Assembly (NCBI GenBank): GCA_002788855.1 | Contig: PFSB01000006.1 | Location: forward strand, 5,467-69,466 | Length of the DNA stretch: 64,000 bases | Direction of reading: 5' to 3' | Source of the DNA: Candidatus Roizmanbacteria bacterium CG_4_9_14_0_2_um_filter_38_17 | GTDB lineage: Bacteria > Patescibacteriota > Microgenomatia > GCA-00278855 | Position numbers and translations under genes: made by a program | Notes under the pieces: generated by a model | Databases searched by the model: none | Told to the model about the DNA's origin: nothing | The model's input: only the letters and a program-made list of their open reading frames with translations | Shown: positions 8,707-18,908 of the stretch, piece by piece | Layout: the number at the start of each line of letters is the position of its first letter | Numbering within the stretch: the stretch's first letter is position 1

Positions 8707-9849
8707 ATGCGACCCGGAGTTAAGATCTTAGTTGCAAGTTATTTTATAACAGTTCTGCTGCTCTTTCTTTATTCCTTTACACAGATAGATCTAAATCTAA
8801 CACTCTCACGTGTGTCAATTTGGCAGGGCATACAGAAATGGTTTATGTATATTGGATATTATAAGCGCCCCTTGTCTACGGCTATATTTATTTTAATTCT
8901 TCTGGCACTATATACGCAATATACTTTATTCCTTCGGCTGTCCTTGTCTAAGTTTTTAAGTACGAAGCATCTATTTCATATTATTATCTTAACAGGGGTT
9001 GTGCTGCTTTTTTCTTTTCCTGCTTTTTCGCATGACATCTTTAACTATATGTTTAGTGCTAAAACAATTATTAAATATGGTCAGTTACCATACTTTGCTC
9101 CACCGATGAATTTTCCCGATGATCCATGGCTTAACTTTATGCGTTGGATACATATACCAGGAACCTACCCACCTCTCTGGATACTTTTGACCTTACCTAT
9201 GTATCTAATCAGCTTTAATAAAATTGTGCTACTCATAATTAATTTTAAGCTTCTGTCTGTAGCTGGATACCTGGGTTCAAGTTTTTTGATTGCAAAAATT
9301 ATGCAGCGGATAAATTATCGCTACTGGAAAGCGGCAGTAGTTTCTTTTGCGCTTAATCCACTTGTCATTATTGAGAGCTTAGTTAGTGGTCATAACGATG
9401 TGGTCATGGCATTTTGGATGTTGCTTTCGATATATCTCTGGCAGAAAAAAGAACGTCTCTTTGGTGTGTTTACACTTTCAATATCCGTGGGAATAAAATG
9501 GATGTCTGTCTTTTTGTTACCGCTTGCAGTGTTTGGACCTAGGAGACTATTATCCTTGGCATTGATGTTGTTGGGTTTGGGTTTGGTCTTAACAAGGCGA
9601 GAATTTTTGCCTTGGTACTGGATCTGGATTGCGCCGCTTATAAGTTTGAATGTAGACCGCAAATTTATCTTTATACCTGGGGTAGCTTTGTCTTTTGGAC
9701 TATTATTGCGTTATACCCCATTTCTTTATCTGGGGAACTGGGATCCGCCGGTGCCCACGATTAAATTCTGGGTTACTGTTATTCCATTGGTTACTTCAGC
9801 TATAATGGTTGTATTGTTTTATTATGTTCAAAGACATCCAAAAAAATAA
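8707..9849 (+). CDS. GT-C glycosyltransferase, MptA/MptB/GT87-like
   Basis: S.DIFNY, YPPLW, ALNPL..IE...GHND, S..IK; polytopic; paralog of 54363. Confidence 0.75.
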   Translation: MRPGVKILVASYFITVLLLFLYSFTQIDLNLTLSRVSIWQGIQKWFMYIGYYKRPLSTAIFILILLALYTQYTLFLRLSLSKFLSTKHLFHIIILTGVVLLFSFPAFSHDIFNYMFSAKTIIKYGQLPYFAPPMNFPDDPWLNFMRWIHIPGTYPPLWILLTLPMYLISFNKIVLLIINFKLLSVAGYLGSSFLIAKIMQRINYRYWKAAVVSFALNPLVIIESLVSGHNDVVMAFWMLLSIYLWQKKERLFGVFTLSISVGIKWMSVFLLPLAVFGPRRLLSLALMLLGLGLVLTRREFLPWYWIWIAPLISLNVDRKFIFIPGVALSFGLLLRYTPFLYLGNWDPPVPTIKFWVTVIPLVTSAIMVVLFYYVQRHPKK

Positions 9850-11332
9850 GACGTTTATTATAAGTATTGTTATTTTTCTGGTCTTGTATTTTGTTACACG
9901 ACTTATTAATTTAACAGCATTACCTATATTTACCGATGAGGCTATTTATATACGTTGGGCGCAGATTGCTAATCAAGATGCAAGTTGGCGATTTATCTCG
10001 CTAACTGACGGTAAACAACCTCTCTTTGTTTGGGGGGCCATGATAATGTTACGTTTTGTGAGTGATCCGGTCGTAGCTGGACGAGTAGTATCTGTATTTG
10101 CGGGAGCTGGGACACTAGTAGGAATTGGACTACTGGCTAGAGAACTTTTTAAGAATACGAGAACAGGTATAATCGCATCTTTCTTGTATTTAATCTATCC
10201 CTTTGGATTAATGTATGATCGAATGGCTCTCATGGATTCGATGGTGGCGATGTTTTCAGTTTGGTCACTGTATTTAGCTGTAATACTGGCTCGGCGTCCC
10301 AGATTGGATGTGTTGTTGTTGTTTGGCATGGTGCTGGGTGGAGCGACTCTGACTAAAACGAGCGGTTTCCTTAATATTTATCTGCTGCCAGTAACACTTT
10401 TACTATTTGATTGGCAAAAGAAAAATCGAAATATGCGACTTCTGACATGGTTTATATTTGCATTATTTGCGGTTTTTCTTTCCCAGGCATACTACAGTAT
10501 CCTGCGACTTTCACCTTGGTTTCATATGATAGCTCAGAAAGATACGACTTTTTTGTATACACTTACAGAGTGGAAAGAACATCCCTTCCGCTTTTTGTAT
10601 GGAAACCTAAGAGGAGAGCTTGATTGGGTTACACATTATATGACCTGGTCTCTTCTCCTACCAGTTATTGAAGCACTAGTTTTGTTCTGGAAAGAGACGA
10701 GGGTTAAGCTGTTACTTTTAATAATGTTTAGTGCTCCTTTGGTTGGATTGGCTCTATTTGGTAAAGTTCTTTATCCTCGTTTTGTCCTATTTATGACAAT
10801 GCCACTATTGGTTCTTGCAGCATGGAGCTTAAATTATATGACTGAGCGAATTAAACACAAAATGGTTCTAGTTCTGATATATGTGTTGTTGGTTAGCTAC
10901 TTAGTGTATTTTGACGCTAAGATATTGCTGAGTATTATTACGGCACCTTTGCCTAGATCTGACGCTGGTCAATATGTTAACGATTGGCCATCAGGTTGGG
11001 GAATTAGAGAGTCAGTGGACTTCTTAGCTAAAGAGGTTCAAGATAAAGAAATTACGGTGTTTACTGAGGGTAATTTTGGCTTATTACCGTATGGTATTGA
11101 GATTTATCTCGTAGATGATCCAAAACTTGAAATTATTGGAATGTGGCCTGTCCCAAGTGAATATACAGATCAGATGAAAGAAAAGATTGATCAAGAGCCA
11201 GTTTATTATATTTCGAATCGAGAGCAAGAGCTACCTTGGAAATGGAAAGCAGAGCTAATTGGTGAGTGGAATAAAGGCAGTAATACAACTCGCAAATTAA
11301 GGCTCTGGAAGCTTAAGGATAATGAATCGTAA
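9824..11332 (+). CDS. GT-C membrane glycosyltransferase (ArnT/PMT_2-like)
   Basis: R...LPIFTDEAIY..WA, DGKQPL, R..SV, DRMALMDS, YPRF; start set at ATG 9824. Confidence 0.82.
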   Translation: MFKDIQKNKTFIISIVIFLVLYFVTRLINLTALPIFTDEAIYIRWAQIANQDASWRFISLTDGKQPLFVWGAMIMLRFVSDPVVAGRVVSVFAGAGTLVGIGLLARELFKNTRTGIIASFLYLIYPFGLMYDRMALMDSMVAMFSVWSLYLAVILARRPRLDVLLLFGMVLGGATLTKTSGFLNIYLLPVTLLLFDWQKKNRNMRLLTWFIFALFAVFLSQAYYSILRLSPWFHMIAQKDTTFLYTLTEWKEHPFRFLYGNLRGELDWVTHYMTWSLLLPVIEALVLFWKETRVKLLLLIMFSAPLVGLALFGKVLYPRFVLFMTMPLLVLAAWSLNYMTERIKHKMVLVLIYVLLVSYLVYFDAKILLSIITAPLPRSDAGQYVNDWPSGWGIRESVDFLAKEVQDKEITVFTEGNFGLLPYGIEIYLVDDPKLEIIGMWPVPSEYTDQMKEKIDQEPVYYISNREQELPWKWKAELIGEWNKGSNTTRKLRLWKLKDNES

Positions 11333-12833
11333 GCAGTATTTCTTTTTAGCCTTTGTACTCATACTAGTAATTCCTCTTCTTCTGCCTTTGTTTAAAGTAG
11401 GATTTCCTGTTACGGACGATGCGGATTGGTTTATCATTCGTTTTACTGCTTTTTATCAAGCACTTTCTCAGGGGCATTTTCCTGTACGCTGGTTGGGTAG
11501 GCTGAACTTTAATTATGGTTATCCAGTTGCCAACTTTAATTATCCAGCATATATGTATGGGGCAGTGCTACCAAAGCTATTGGGATTTGGTTTTGTTACC
11601 TCCATTAAGTTAGTGCTAGGAGTTAGTGTAGCTTCTGCATCTGCATTTACCTATCTGTGGCTAAAGAGTATGTTTAACCGCACTTGCGCGCTTGTGGGAG
11701 CATTGGTATATGTTTATCATCCATATATCTTATTTGATCTTTATAGGAGAGGCTCCATAGGTGAGATTGTAGCTCTGGGGGTTGTGCCGTTTGTTCTTTG
11801 GTCAATTGAGCACAGAAGTAGGTTCTGGACAGCCATCGGCCTAGCTGCTCTAATAACATCTCATAATATTTTAGCTGTGTTATTTTTTCCAGCTTTAATA
11901 GTCTATATGTACATTCGTTCTAAATTTAGCAGAAGAGAGCTGATGCTAAATGTGCTTTTTGGATTAGGATTGTCAGCTTTTTTCTGGGTGCCAGCGATCT
12001 ATGACTTACAATATACAGTTTTTACTAGTACCACTGTTTCAGTATGGATGAATCATTTTGCTGATATTAAGCTGTTTGGATATCTAAATGTTGCGATTTT
12101 ATTGCTGTCCTTAGGAATTATCTTTAGATATCGTACTAAGCTGTCTATATTATCTTGGGGATTAGTGGCCCTTGGTCTTTTTCTTAGTACCTCATTAAGT
12201 AGTTTGGTTTGGACAGTGTTACCGGTAACCTTTGTTCAGTTTCCTTTTCGTATGCTTGCAGTTACGATACCCGGCTTAGCTTTGTTAGCTGCATATATTA
12301 ATGACAGATTACCAGGTAGATTAAGGAGAGGAGTGGGTGCTATATTGATAGTCTTATTATTAATAGTTGCCATTCCAGTATTGACAGCTGTAGAAATTGT
12401 AGATAAGGGAGAAGGATTTTATGCAACGAACGAATCATCATCAACGATAAAGAATGAATATATGCCGGTTTGGGTAGGGCAGGAGTTTATGGCTCACGCA
12501 GAGTACAAGGTTCAACTTATAGATGGTGGTGGAGAGATAATACCAATGCAGGAAAAGGGGCATCTAATAGAATTTATGGCAAATCTAGATGTTCCTAGTA
12601 TAGTAGAAATTAATTCAATATATTTTCCAGGTTGGATGGCTATCGAAGGTAGCGAAGAAATAGATATTCAGGTCTCAGAAAAAGGAACAATGAATATAGA
12701 GCTACCTGCAGGTCAGCATCGGGTTAAAGTAGTGTTCAAGGAAACAACACCACGAATGATTGCAGATCTTATTTCAGTTATTTCACTATTTGCATTAGCT
12801 GCATTGCAGTTTAAGTCATGGAAAGAAACTTAA
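11322..12833 (+). CDS. GT-C-like membrane protein (PTPS-related/YfhO-like subfamily)
   Basis: TDD, G.FPVRW...LN..YGYP..NF.YP, RG..GE, SHN, FFW.PA, QFPFR, C-terminal YFPGW...G.H domain. Confidence 0.78.
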   Translation: MNRKQYFFLAFVLILVIPLLLPLFKVGFPVTDDADWFIIRFTAFYQALSQGHFPVRWLGRLNFNYGYPVANFNYPAYMYGAVLPKLLGFGFVTSIKLVLGVSVASASAFTYLWLKSMFNRTCALVGALVYVYHPYILFDLYRRGSIGEIVALGVVPFVLWSIEHRSRFWTAIGLAALITSHNILAVLFFPALIVYMYIRSKFSRRELMLNVLFGLGLSAFFWVPAIYDLQYTVFTSTTVSVWMNHFADIKLFGYLNVAILLLSLGIIFRYRTKLSILSWGLVALGLFLSTSLSSLVWTVLPVTFVQFPFRMLAVTIPGLALLAAYINDRLPGRLRRGVGAILIVLLLIVAIPVLTAVEIVDKGEGFYATNESSSTIKNEYMPVWVGQEFMAHAEYKVQLIDGGGEIIPMQEKGHLIEFMANLDVPSIVEINSIYFPGWMAIEGSEEIDIQVSEKGTMNIELPAGQHRVKVVFKETTPRMIADLISVISLFALAALQFKSWKET

Positions 12834-14473
12834 CAAAATATATAGGTATTGTATTAGTATTGTTATCGTCTTTTTTTGCGATTAAATCCTTATTGGGATC
12901 TGGATATTTTCCAGTGCACGACAGTTTACAGGTCGAGCGAATTTATGAAATGGCAAGTGCAATAAAGGATGGTCAATTCCCAGTGCGTTGGGTGTACGAC
13001 TTGGGTTATGGTTATGGATACCCTTTGTTTAATTTTTATGGTCCTCTACCTTATTATATTGGGGCTTTTTTTAATATAGTTGGACTGAGCTTAGTAGTCT
13101 CTGCGAAGTTGATGTTTGGAATTGGTATCTTAATTTCAGGGATATCTATGTATCTATTGGGTAAAGAAATATGGGGGAAGGTAGGTGGTATTATTTCGGC
13201 TGTCTTATATGTATACCTACCCTATCACGCAGTTCAAATATACGTGCGTGGAGCAGTAGGGGAGTATTATGCCTATGCTTTATTACCGTTACTTGTGTTG
13301 AGTTTTTTGAAATTGAACAGCAAGCGGGTTGAAAAGTGGATCTTTATTGGTGGATTGACGTACTCGGGAATTATACTGTCGCACAATATCAGTGCGATGT
13401 TGATAACCATGCTTGTCCTTATATATATGTTTACTTATGGACTAATTGTTAGGCGTATAAACAAATCGCAAGTTACTGTATTATTAATAGGGTTATGCCT
13501 GTCTGCATTCTTCTGGATGCCGGCTGTTACGGAAAATAATTTTACTCAAGTTAATAAAGTAGTTGGTGGTGGTAGTTATTACGGTGATCATTTTGTGGAG
13601 CCGTGGCAGCTCTGGAGTTCTGTCTGGGGGTATGCTGGATCGGCACCTATGAGTGAGCAAGATGGAATGTCATTTAAGCTTGGTAAAGTGCACATAATAA
13701 CTGCTCTAGTGGCATTGGTATGGGTTTTATATAAGCGCGATAAGAAGTATTATCCTCTACTGGCTATTTTAACTTTGTTATTTATTGGCTCTGTGTTTAT
13801 GATGCTTCCAATCTCTAAAAATATCTGGGACAGGCTACCCCCTTTAAAATATGTGCAATTTCCTTGGCGTTTGTTAATGTATGCGGGTTTTGCCCTATCT
13901 GTAATAGCCGGAGGAGTTAGTATGGTGGTTCAAAAATATAGACTAGGGATGGTGCTGGTTGCGGTGATCTTTATATTAGTTACAGTAAATGTTCGAGCTT
14001 TACCCAAACTGGAATTATTACACTTTATGCCTAGTGAGTATTATTTATTAGACGATGAGGCAATAACTAGCGATCATAATTTGCGTTGGCTAAAGTCTGA
14101 AAAGTCAGATGAATACCTACCAAAATATTTCTTCCAGCCCCAGAGAGAAGAAGATATTTCATTAAGAAGAGTGAATTTTGATGCAGACATAACTGAAGAT
14201 CGATCAAATTTGCTTAAATTTAATATCACAGCTCTTGAAATTGCTGAAATATCAATGGATATAGCTTATTTTCCAGGTTGGAAAGGATATGTTGATGGAA
14301 AAGAGGTTCCTGTTAAAAGACTAACTCGTGGAATCAGTATTACTGTTCCAACTGGAGCTCATAATGTTATGTTAAGATTGGAAAATACTCCAGTCAGAAC
14401 ACTAGCAAATTTGACTTCAGTTATAAGCTTAGGAGTATTATTGGTCTTACTAGTTAAATATGCAAAATCATAA
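12818..14473 (+). CDS. GT-C-like membrane protein (PTPS-related/YfhO-like subfamily)
   Basis: VHD, GQFPVRW..DLGYGYGYPLFNFY.PL, RGAVGE, SHN, QFPWR, YFPGW..VDG. Confidence 0.8.
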   Translation: MERNLTKYIGIVLVLLSSFFAIKSLLGSGYFPVHDSLQVERIYEMASAIKDGQFPVRWVYDLGYGYGYPLFNFYGPLPYYIGAFFNIVGLSLVVSAKLMFGIGILISGISMYLLGKEIWGKVGGIISAVLYVYLPYHAVQIYVRGAVGEYYAYALLPLLVLSFLKLNSKRVEKWIFIGGLTYSGIILSHNISAMLITMLVLIYMFTYGLIVRRINKSQVTVLLIGLCLSAFFWMPAVTENNFTQVNKVVGGGSYYGDHFVEPWQLWSSVWGYAGSAPMSEQDGMSFKLGKVHIITALVALVWVLYKRDKKYYPLLAILTLLFIGSVFMMLPISKNIWDRLPPLKYVQFPWRLLMYAGFALSVIAGGVSMVVQKYRLGMVLVAVIFILVTVNVRALPKLELLHFMPSEYYLLDDEAITSDHNLRWLKSEKSDEYLPKYFFQPQREEDISLRRVNFDADITEDRSNLLKFNITALEIAEISMDIAYFPGWKGYVDGKEVPVKRLTRGISITVPTGAHNVMLRLENTPVRTLANLTSVISLGVLLVLLVKYAKS

Positions 14474-15203
14474 ACCTACTGTTGAAATAGTGTTACCTGT
14501 ATATAACGAAGAGGATGAGCTAGAAGCTCATACGCTTAAGCTTCGTAAGTTTGTAGATACTCAAACAAATTACAGCTGGGATATTACCATAGCTGACAAT
14601 GCCTCAAACGATAGCACGGCTTCTATTGGTGAGAAGTTAGCAAAAAAAAATGGTATTAATTACGTACGCATAGCCAAAAAAGGGAGAGGAAGAGCTGTTA
14701 AACAGCTCTGGCTTGAAAGCAAGGCAGATATAGTAATGTATATGGATATTGATTTATCTACAGATCTTAAGCATTTAACACCCCTAGTTAAGGCATTGAC
14801 GTCGGGTGCGGATATTGCGATTGGATCCCGTTTGCTGCCAGGTTCGGAAGTAGAAAAGCGCGAACTGAGACGAGAATTTATTTCTCGAGCATACAACCTA
14901 ATGATCAAGATCCTATTTATGACGCGTTTTTCGGATGCGCAGTGTGGATTTAAAGGTATGACAAAAAAGGCTACTATGGAGCTGATTCCTCATATAGAAG
15001 ATAATGACTGGTTTATGGATACAGAGCTTCTAGTCATTGCAGAAAAGAGTGGTTATAAGATATATGAAGAAGCTGTGCGTTGGGTAGATACTCCGGGTTC
15101 CACAGTTCGGGTACTGCCAACGGCAATGGGTGATATTAAGGGATTGGTTAGGTTATGGAAGACAAGACCTTGGAAGGTAATTAAAAAAATCAAATATTGT
15201 TAG
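14460..15203 (+). CDS. GT2 polyprenyl-phosphate glycosyltransferase (Alg5-like)
   Basis: PVYNEE, DNAS.D.T, KGRGRA, MDIDLSTD, GSRL, DAQCGFK, WF.DTELL. Confidence 0.88.
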   Translation: MQNHKPTVEIVLPVYNEEDELEAHTLKLRKFVDTQTNYSWDITIADNASNDSTASIGEKLAKKNGINYVRIAKKGRGRAVKQLWLESKADIVMYMDIDLSTDLKHLTPLVKALTSGADIAIGSRLLPGSEVEKRELRREFISRAYNLMIKILFMTRFSDAQCGFKGMTKKATMELIPHIEDNDWFMDTELLVIAEKSGYKIYEEAVRWVDTPGSTVRVLPTAMGDIKGLVRLWKTRPWKVIKKIKYC

Positions 15204-15208
15204 ACTAA

Positions 15209-16474
15209 ATGAATTTGCATAGACGTTTTAATAAGTATAAATATGGATTAATATTTCTTCTTTTAGCAGCTTTTCATATTTTTTTGCGTTTCTATGAGTT
15301 AGCTAAGCGTACGGAACTAGGCTGGGATCAGATGGATACAGCTTGGGCTGCTTTTAATCTTCTCGAAGGAAATAAATTATTAATAGAGGGAGTTCCAATA
15401 AAAGGCAATACATCTATGACAATGGGTCCGCTTTACTATTATTTAGCTGTTCCATTTTATAAGCTAACAAGCCTAGATCCAATTGCTGCAAGTATTTTTG
15501 CTGGAGTAGTCAGCATCGTAAGTATGTTTATTTTCTATTTAATATCTAAGAAAATCATGGGTAAGAAAGTTGCAAGTATAGCGCTAGCGATTTATGTATT
15601 TTCACCGATTATGGTTCAGTCAGAGCGAGTTCAAGCGGCTTATATCCTCATACCAATTATTTCGTATATAACTTTTTACTTTTTATATCGACTAGTAGTA
15701 AGTAAAAACAGTAAGTATTTAATCTGGCTTGCAGGGATTATTGGGTTTGGCTTTCACGTCCACTTTGTATCATTTTTCTATCCTTTTTTAGTTCTATTAA
15801 TGCTCCCATTTCTCCCGGATGTTAGAAAGGATTTATCCAAATATATTATATCTTTAATAATATTTCTGCTGTTTTTATCACCTATGCTCTATAGTGTATT
15901 TTTTAACTCGTCTGGTGGAGGTCAATTTCTTACATATTTTGGTACTTATTTTCACGGTTTTCACTTAAGAAGAGTCCTTCAAATTGCTCATGATGGATTT
16001 ATTAGTTTTGAGATGATTCTCCAATATAAGTTTTTTCCTCCACTGGTATATTTAGTACTACCCCTATTTGCTGGTATATATTATTTTACAAAGCCAAGCA
16101 AAAACTCATTATTATTGTCTTATCTAGCTATATTATGGGTTGTTATTCCGTGGTTATTTTTGTCTACCTATAGTGGAGAATTAACGCATTATTATTTTTC
16201 AGCTTCAAGGTACGTGGCGATATTAATAATCGCATATTTAATAAATTTTTTGCTTAATAGAGGCAATATAATTGTAAAATATGTGGTAGTGAGTTTTTGG
16301 GTCATATATATAATAAATAGTGTTCAGATATTTATTGGAGAACATGAAGGTAACTATATGCTAATTAAGGAGAAAACTGGGTTCTATGTAGATAGTGGCA
16401 AAGTGCTTGAATTCAAAGATAGAGATGCTGATTATTATTTCTACCATATAAAACAACTAAAAGCTAAAAAGTAG
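15209..16474 (+). CDS. GT-C membrane glycosyltransferase (ArnT/PMT_2-like, DQ variant)
   Basis: LRFY...GWDQ, GPLYYYL, polytopic; paralogous to 6388, 38765 and 50116. Confidence 0.75.
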   Translation: MNLHRRFNKYKYGLIFLLLAAFHIFLRFYELAKRTELGWDQMDTAWAAFNLLEGNKLLIEGVPIKGNTSMTMGPLYYYLAVPFYKLTSLDPIAASIFAGVVSIVSMFIFYLISKKIMGKKVASIALAIYVFSPIMVQSERVQAAYILIPIISYITFYFLYRLVVSKNSKYLIWLAGIIGFGFHVHFVSFFYPFLVLLMLPFLPDVRKDLSKYIISLIIFLLFLSPMLYSVFFNSSGGGQFLTYFGTYFHGFHLRRVLQIAHDGFISFEMILQYKFFPPLVYLVLPLFAGIYYFTKPSKNSLLLSYLAILWVVIPWLFLSTYSGELTHYYFSASRYVAILIIAYLINFLLNRGNIIVKYVVVSFWVIYIINSVQIFIGEHEGNYMLIKEKTGFYVDSGKVLEFKDRDADYYFYHIKQLKAKK

Positions 16475-16525
16475 CCACATGTGATTGTCCGGAAGCACAC
16501 AGGTTCAAATATAAGTTCAAAGTAG

Positions 16526-16534
16526 TGATAAAAT
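16526..16534 (+). promoter_or_regulatory. Extended -10 promoter (TGnTAAAAT) 6 nt upstream of ATG 16541, leaderless-type
   Basis: TGATAAAAT-cagtac-ATG in one of the few real intergenic gaps. Confidence 0.6.
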
Positions 16535-16540
16535 CAGTAC

Positions 16541-17995
16541 ATGGCTGAAATAGAGCTCCATGATGTCAAAAAAAGATCGGTTGCTGGTATTTTAGCTTTA
16601 ACCTCGCGAACAGGTCTACTGCAGCTTATATCTAGTGTTGGTTTCTTTTTATTGACGATTTATCTTGATCTGAGGTTATTCGGAGTATTTATCGTGGTGC
16701 AGGCAGCTTCTAGTTTTCTGAACTACTTTTCAGACATTGGCCTTGCTGGAGCATTAATTCAAAAGAAAGAGGCGTTAACTAAAGAAGATCTGGCAACGAC
16801 GTTTACAGTACAGCAGTTGATGGTATTGGGTGTTTCAACCATAGCTCTGCTGCTGTCTTCTTGGGTTGCCGGAATATATGGTCTTGATCAGCAAGGGGTA
16901 GTTCTATTTAGAGTGTTAGTTTTGGCATTTATTTTGTCATCGTTAAAGACAATTCCTTCTATTCTTCTAGAAAGAGATCTGAAGTTTAGTATATTGGTTA
17001 TTCCGCAGGTATTTGAGGTTGTCTCGTTTTATGTCATAGCGGTGTTATTAGCCTGGAAAGGGTTTGGGATTGAAAGCTTAACGTATGCGGTTTTAGGTAG
17101 AGCTATTGTTGGTTTGGTGATGATATATATTGTGTCACCCTGGATGCCGCGCTTTGGTATTAATTCAAAGGTTCTTAAGAAATTATTATCGTTTGGTATT
17201 CCTCTTCAGGCCAATAGTCTATTAGGACTTATAAAAGATGATTTATTTACGCTATATCTAGGGACTGTGTTGCCGCTTGAGCAGATTAGTTTAATTGGCT
17301 GGGCAAAGAAATGGGCAGATACACCATTGAGATTAATTATGGATAGTTTTATTCGAGTAACCTTTCCTACTTATTCTCGTCTGCAAGGTATGGCAGATAA
17401 GCTACGTAAGGGGATTAATAAGTCGATGTTTTTTTCTTCAATATTAATATTTCCGATGGCGATAGGACTTATATTACTGATGAAGCCATTAATATACGTA
17501 ATTCCTAAATATACTAAGTGGGAACCGGCACTTTTCTCTTTCTACTTGTTTGTTATTGCAGCGGTATTTGCTAGTATTTCAACTCCCTTAACTAATGCTT
17601 TAAATGCAGTTGGTAAAGTTACAGTAACATTAAAATTAATGATTCTCTGGACAGTGCTGACCTGGGGACTGGGTATACTATTAGTGAACATAATTGGGCT
17701 GGAAGGGGTGGCATTATCAGCAGTGTTGATTAGTCTTACTATCTATCTTGTAATTAAAGTTAGTAAGCAACATTTTACGTTTGATGTACTAGCTAATATT
17801 ACACCCGCATTATTATCTAGCATCGTGATGTTATTGGTTGGTCTGTTTTTACCAACTGCTCGTCACTATAGTATTGTTGGCTTAGTTAGCACGGGGTTAA
17901 TATTAATAGCTGTATATCTTATGATGCTGCGGTTGTTTTTTTGGGGTAAACTAAAGGCAGAGGTTGTGACTATAATTGGGATTATGAGGAGCTAA
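16541..17995 (+). CDS. wzx: Wzx/WzxC-type oligosaccharide flippase (MOP superfamily)
   Basis: FG, FSDIGL..ALIQKK, L.R.L.F, LL.FG, V.FP.YSRLQ; about 12-14 TM segments. Confidence 0.88.
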   Translation: MAEIELHDVKKRSVAGILALTSRTGLLQLISSVGFFLLTIYLDLRLFGVFIVVQAASSFLNYFSDIGLAGALIQKKEALTKEDLATTFTVQQLMVLGVSTIALLLSSWVAGIYGLDQQGVVLFRVLVLAFILSSLKTIPSILLERDLKFSILVIPQVFEVVSFYVIAVLLAWKGFGIESLTYAVLGRAIVGLVMIYIVSPWMPRFGINSKVLKKLLSFGIPLQANSLLGLIKDDLFTLYLGTVLPLEQISLIGWAKKWADTPLRLIMDSFIRVTFPTYSRLQGMADKLRKGINKSMFFSSILIFPMAIGLILLMKPLIYVIPKYTKWEPALFSFYLFVIAAVFASISTPLTNALNAVGKVTVTLKLMILWTVLTWGLGILLVNIIGLEGVALSAVLISLTIYLVIKVSKQHFTFDVLANITPALLSSIVMLLVGLFLPTARHYSIVGLVSTGLILIAVYLMMLRLFFWGKLKAEVVTIIGIMRS

Positions 17996-17996
17996 T

Positions 17997-18902
17997 ATGA
18001 ATAAAATATCAGTAGTTATTTCAGCTTACAATGAAGAAAAATTGCTTGAGGATTGTTTAAAATCTGTTACTTGGGCAGACCAGGTTATTGTTGTAGACAA
18101 TAACTCGACGGATGATACAGCCAAAATAGCCAAGAAGTATGCGGATGAAGTTTATTCTCGTCCTAATAACTTAATGCTCAATGTAAATAAGAATTATGGA
18201 TTTAGTAAAGCTACTGGTGATTGGATATTGAGCTTGGACGCTGATGAAAGAGCTACAGATGAGCTAAAAAAAGAGATTCTAAAAGAGTTACAAGTTACGA
18301 GTTACGAGTTACGAGGTGATGTTAGTGGTTACTGGATTCCCCGCAAGAACATTATTTTTGGTAAGTGGATACAACACACGGGTTGGTATCCAGACTACCA
18401 GCTAAGATTATTTCGTAGAGACAGAGGTAAGTTTGCCCAAAAGCATGTTCATGAGATGGTAGAGGTGAAAGGTAAAACAGAGCAGCTTAAAGGTCATATT
18501 CAGCACTATAACTACGAGACGGTAGACCAATTTTTTCAAAAGCTTTTGGTAGTGTATTCTCACAGCGAGGCAGATAATTTACTAAAGGATGGATATGTAT
18601 TTAACTGGAAGGACGCTATTATCATGCCGCTTCGTGAGTTTTTTAATCGTTATTTTGCGCATAAAGGATATCGTGATGGCTTACATGGGTTGATTTTATC
18701 TCTACTTATGAGTGTATATCATCTAGTGGTTTTTTTGAGATTATGGGAGCGCAAGAAGTATGTAGAGCAAGACGTTAACCTAGGTGAGGTTGCTTCGGAG
18801 GTTGGCGTGTATAGGCAAACATGGAAATATTGGGTGAAGCATGCAAAAGTTGATTTAGCTAATAACGGCGTTGCTAAGCTGGTAGCTAAATATTTTGGGT
18901 AA
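17997..18902 (+). CDS. GT2 glycosyltransferase (KdtX/WaaE beta-1,4-glucosyltransferase-like)
   Basis: NEE...CL.SV.WAD..IVVD..STD.T, W.LSLDADE, PR.N, WYPDYQLRLF, VHE. Confidence 0.88.
   Translation: MNKISVVISAYNEEKLLEDCLKSVTWADQVIVVDNNSTDDTAKIAKKYADEVYSRPNNLMLNVNKNYGFSKATGDWILSLDADERATDELKKEILKELQVTSYELRGDVSGYWIPRKNIIFGKWIQHTGWYPDYQLRLFRRDRGKFAQKHVHEMVEVKGKTEQLKGHIQHYNYETVDQFFQKLLVVYSHSEADNLLKDGYVFNWKDAIIMPLREFFNRYFAHKGYRDGLHGLILSLLMSVYHLVVFLRLWERKKYVEQDVNLGEVASEVGVYRQTWKYWVKHAKVDLANNGVAKLVAKYFG
18285..18315 (+). repeat. In-frame heptamer tandem repeat (GAGTTAC) x about 4.4
   Basis: gagttac aagttac gagttac gagttac gag, encoding ELQVTSYELR inside the GT2. Confidence 0.85.
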
Positions 18903-18908
18903 AGATAT

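Noticed and set aside
11322-14473. Literal 6-pyruvoyl-tetrahydropterin synthase function for the PTPS-related proteins
   Set aside because: No T-fold or Zn-binding motifs; these are polytopic proteins with GT-C/YfhO features, and the family name is only a label.
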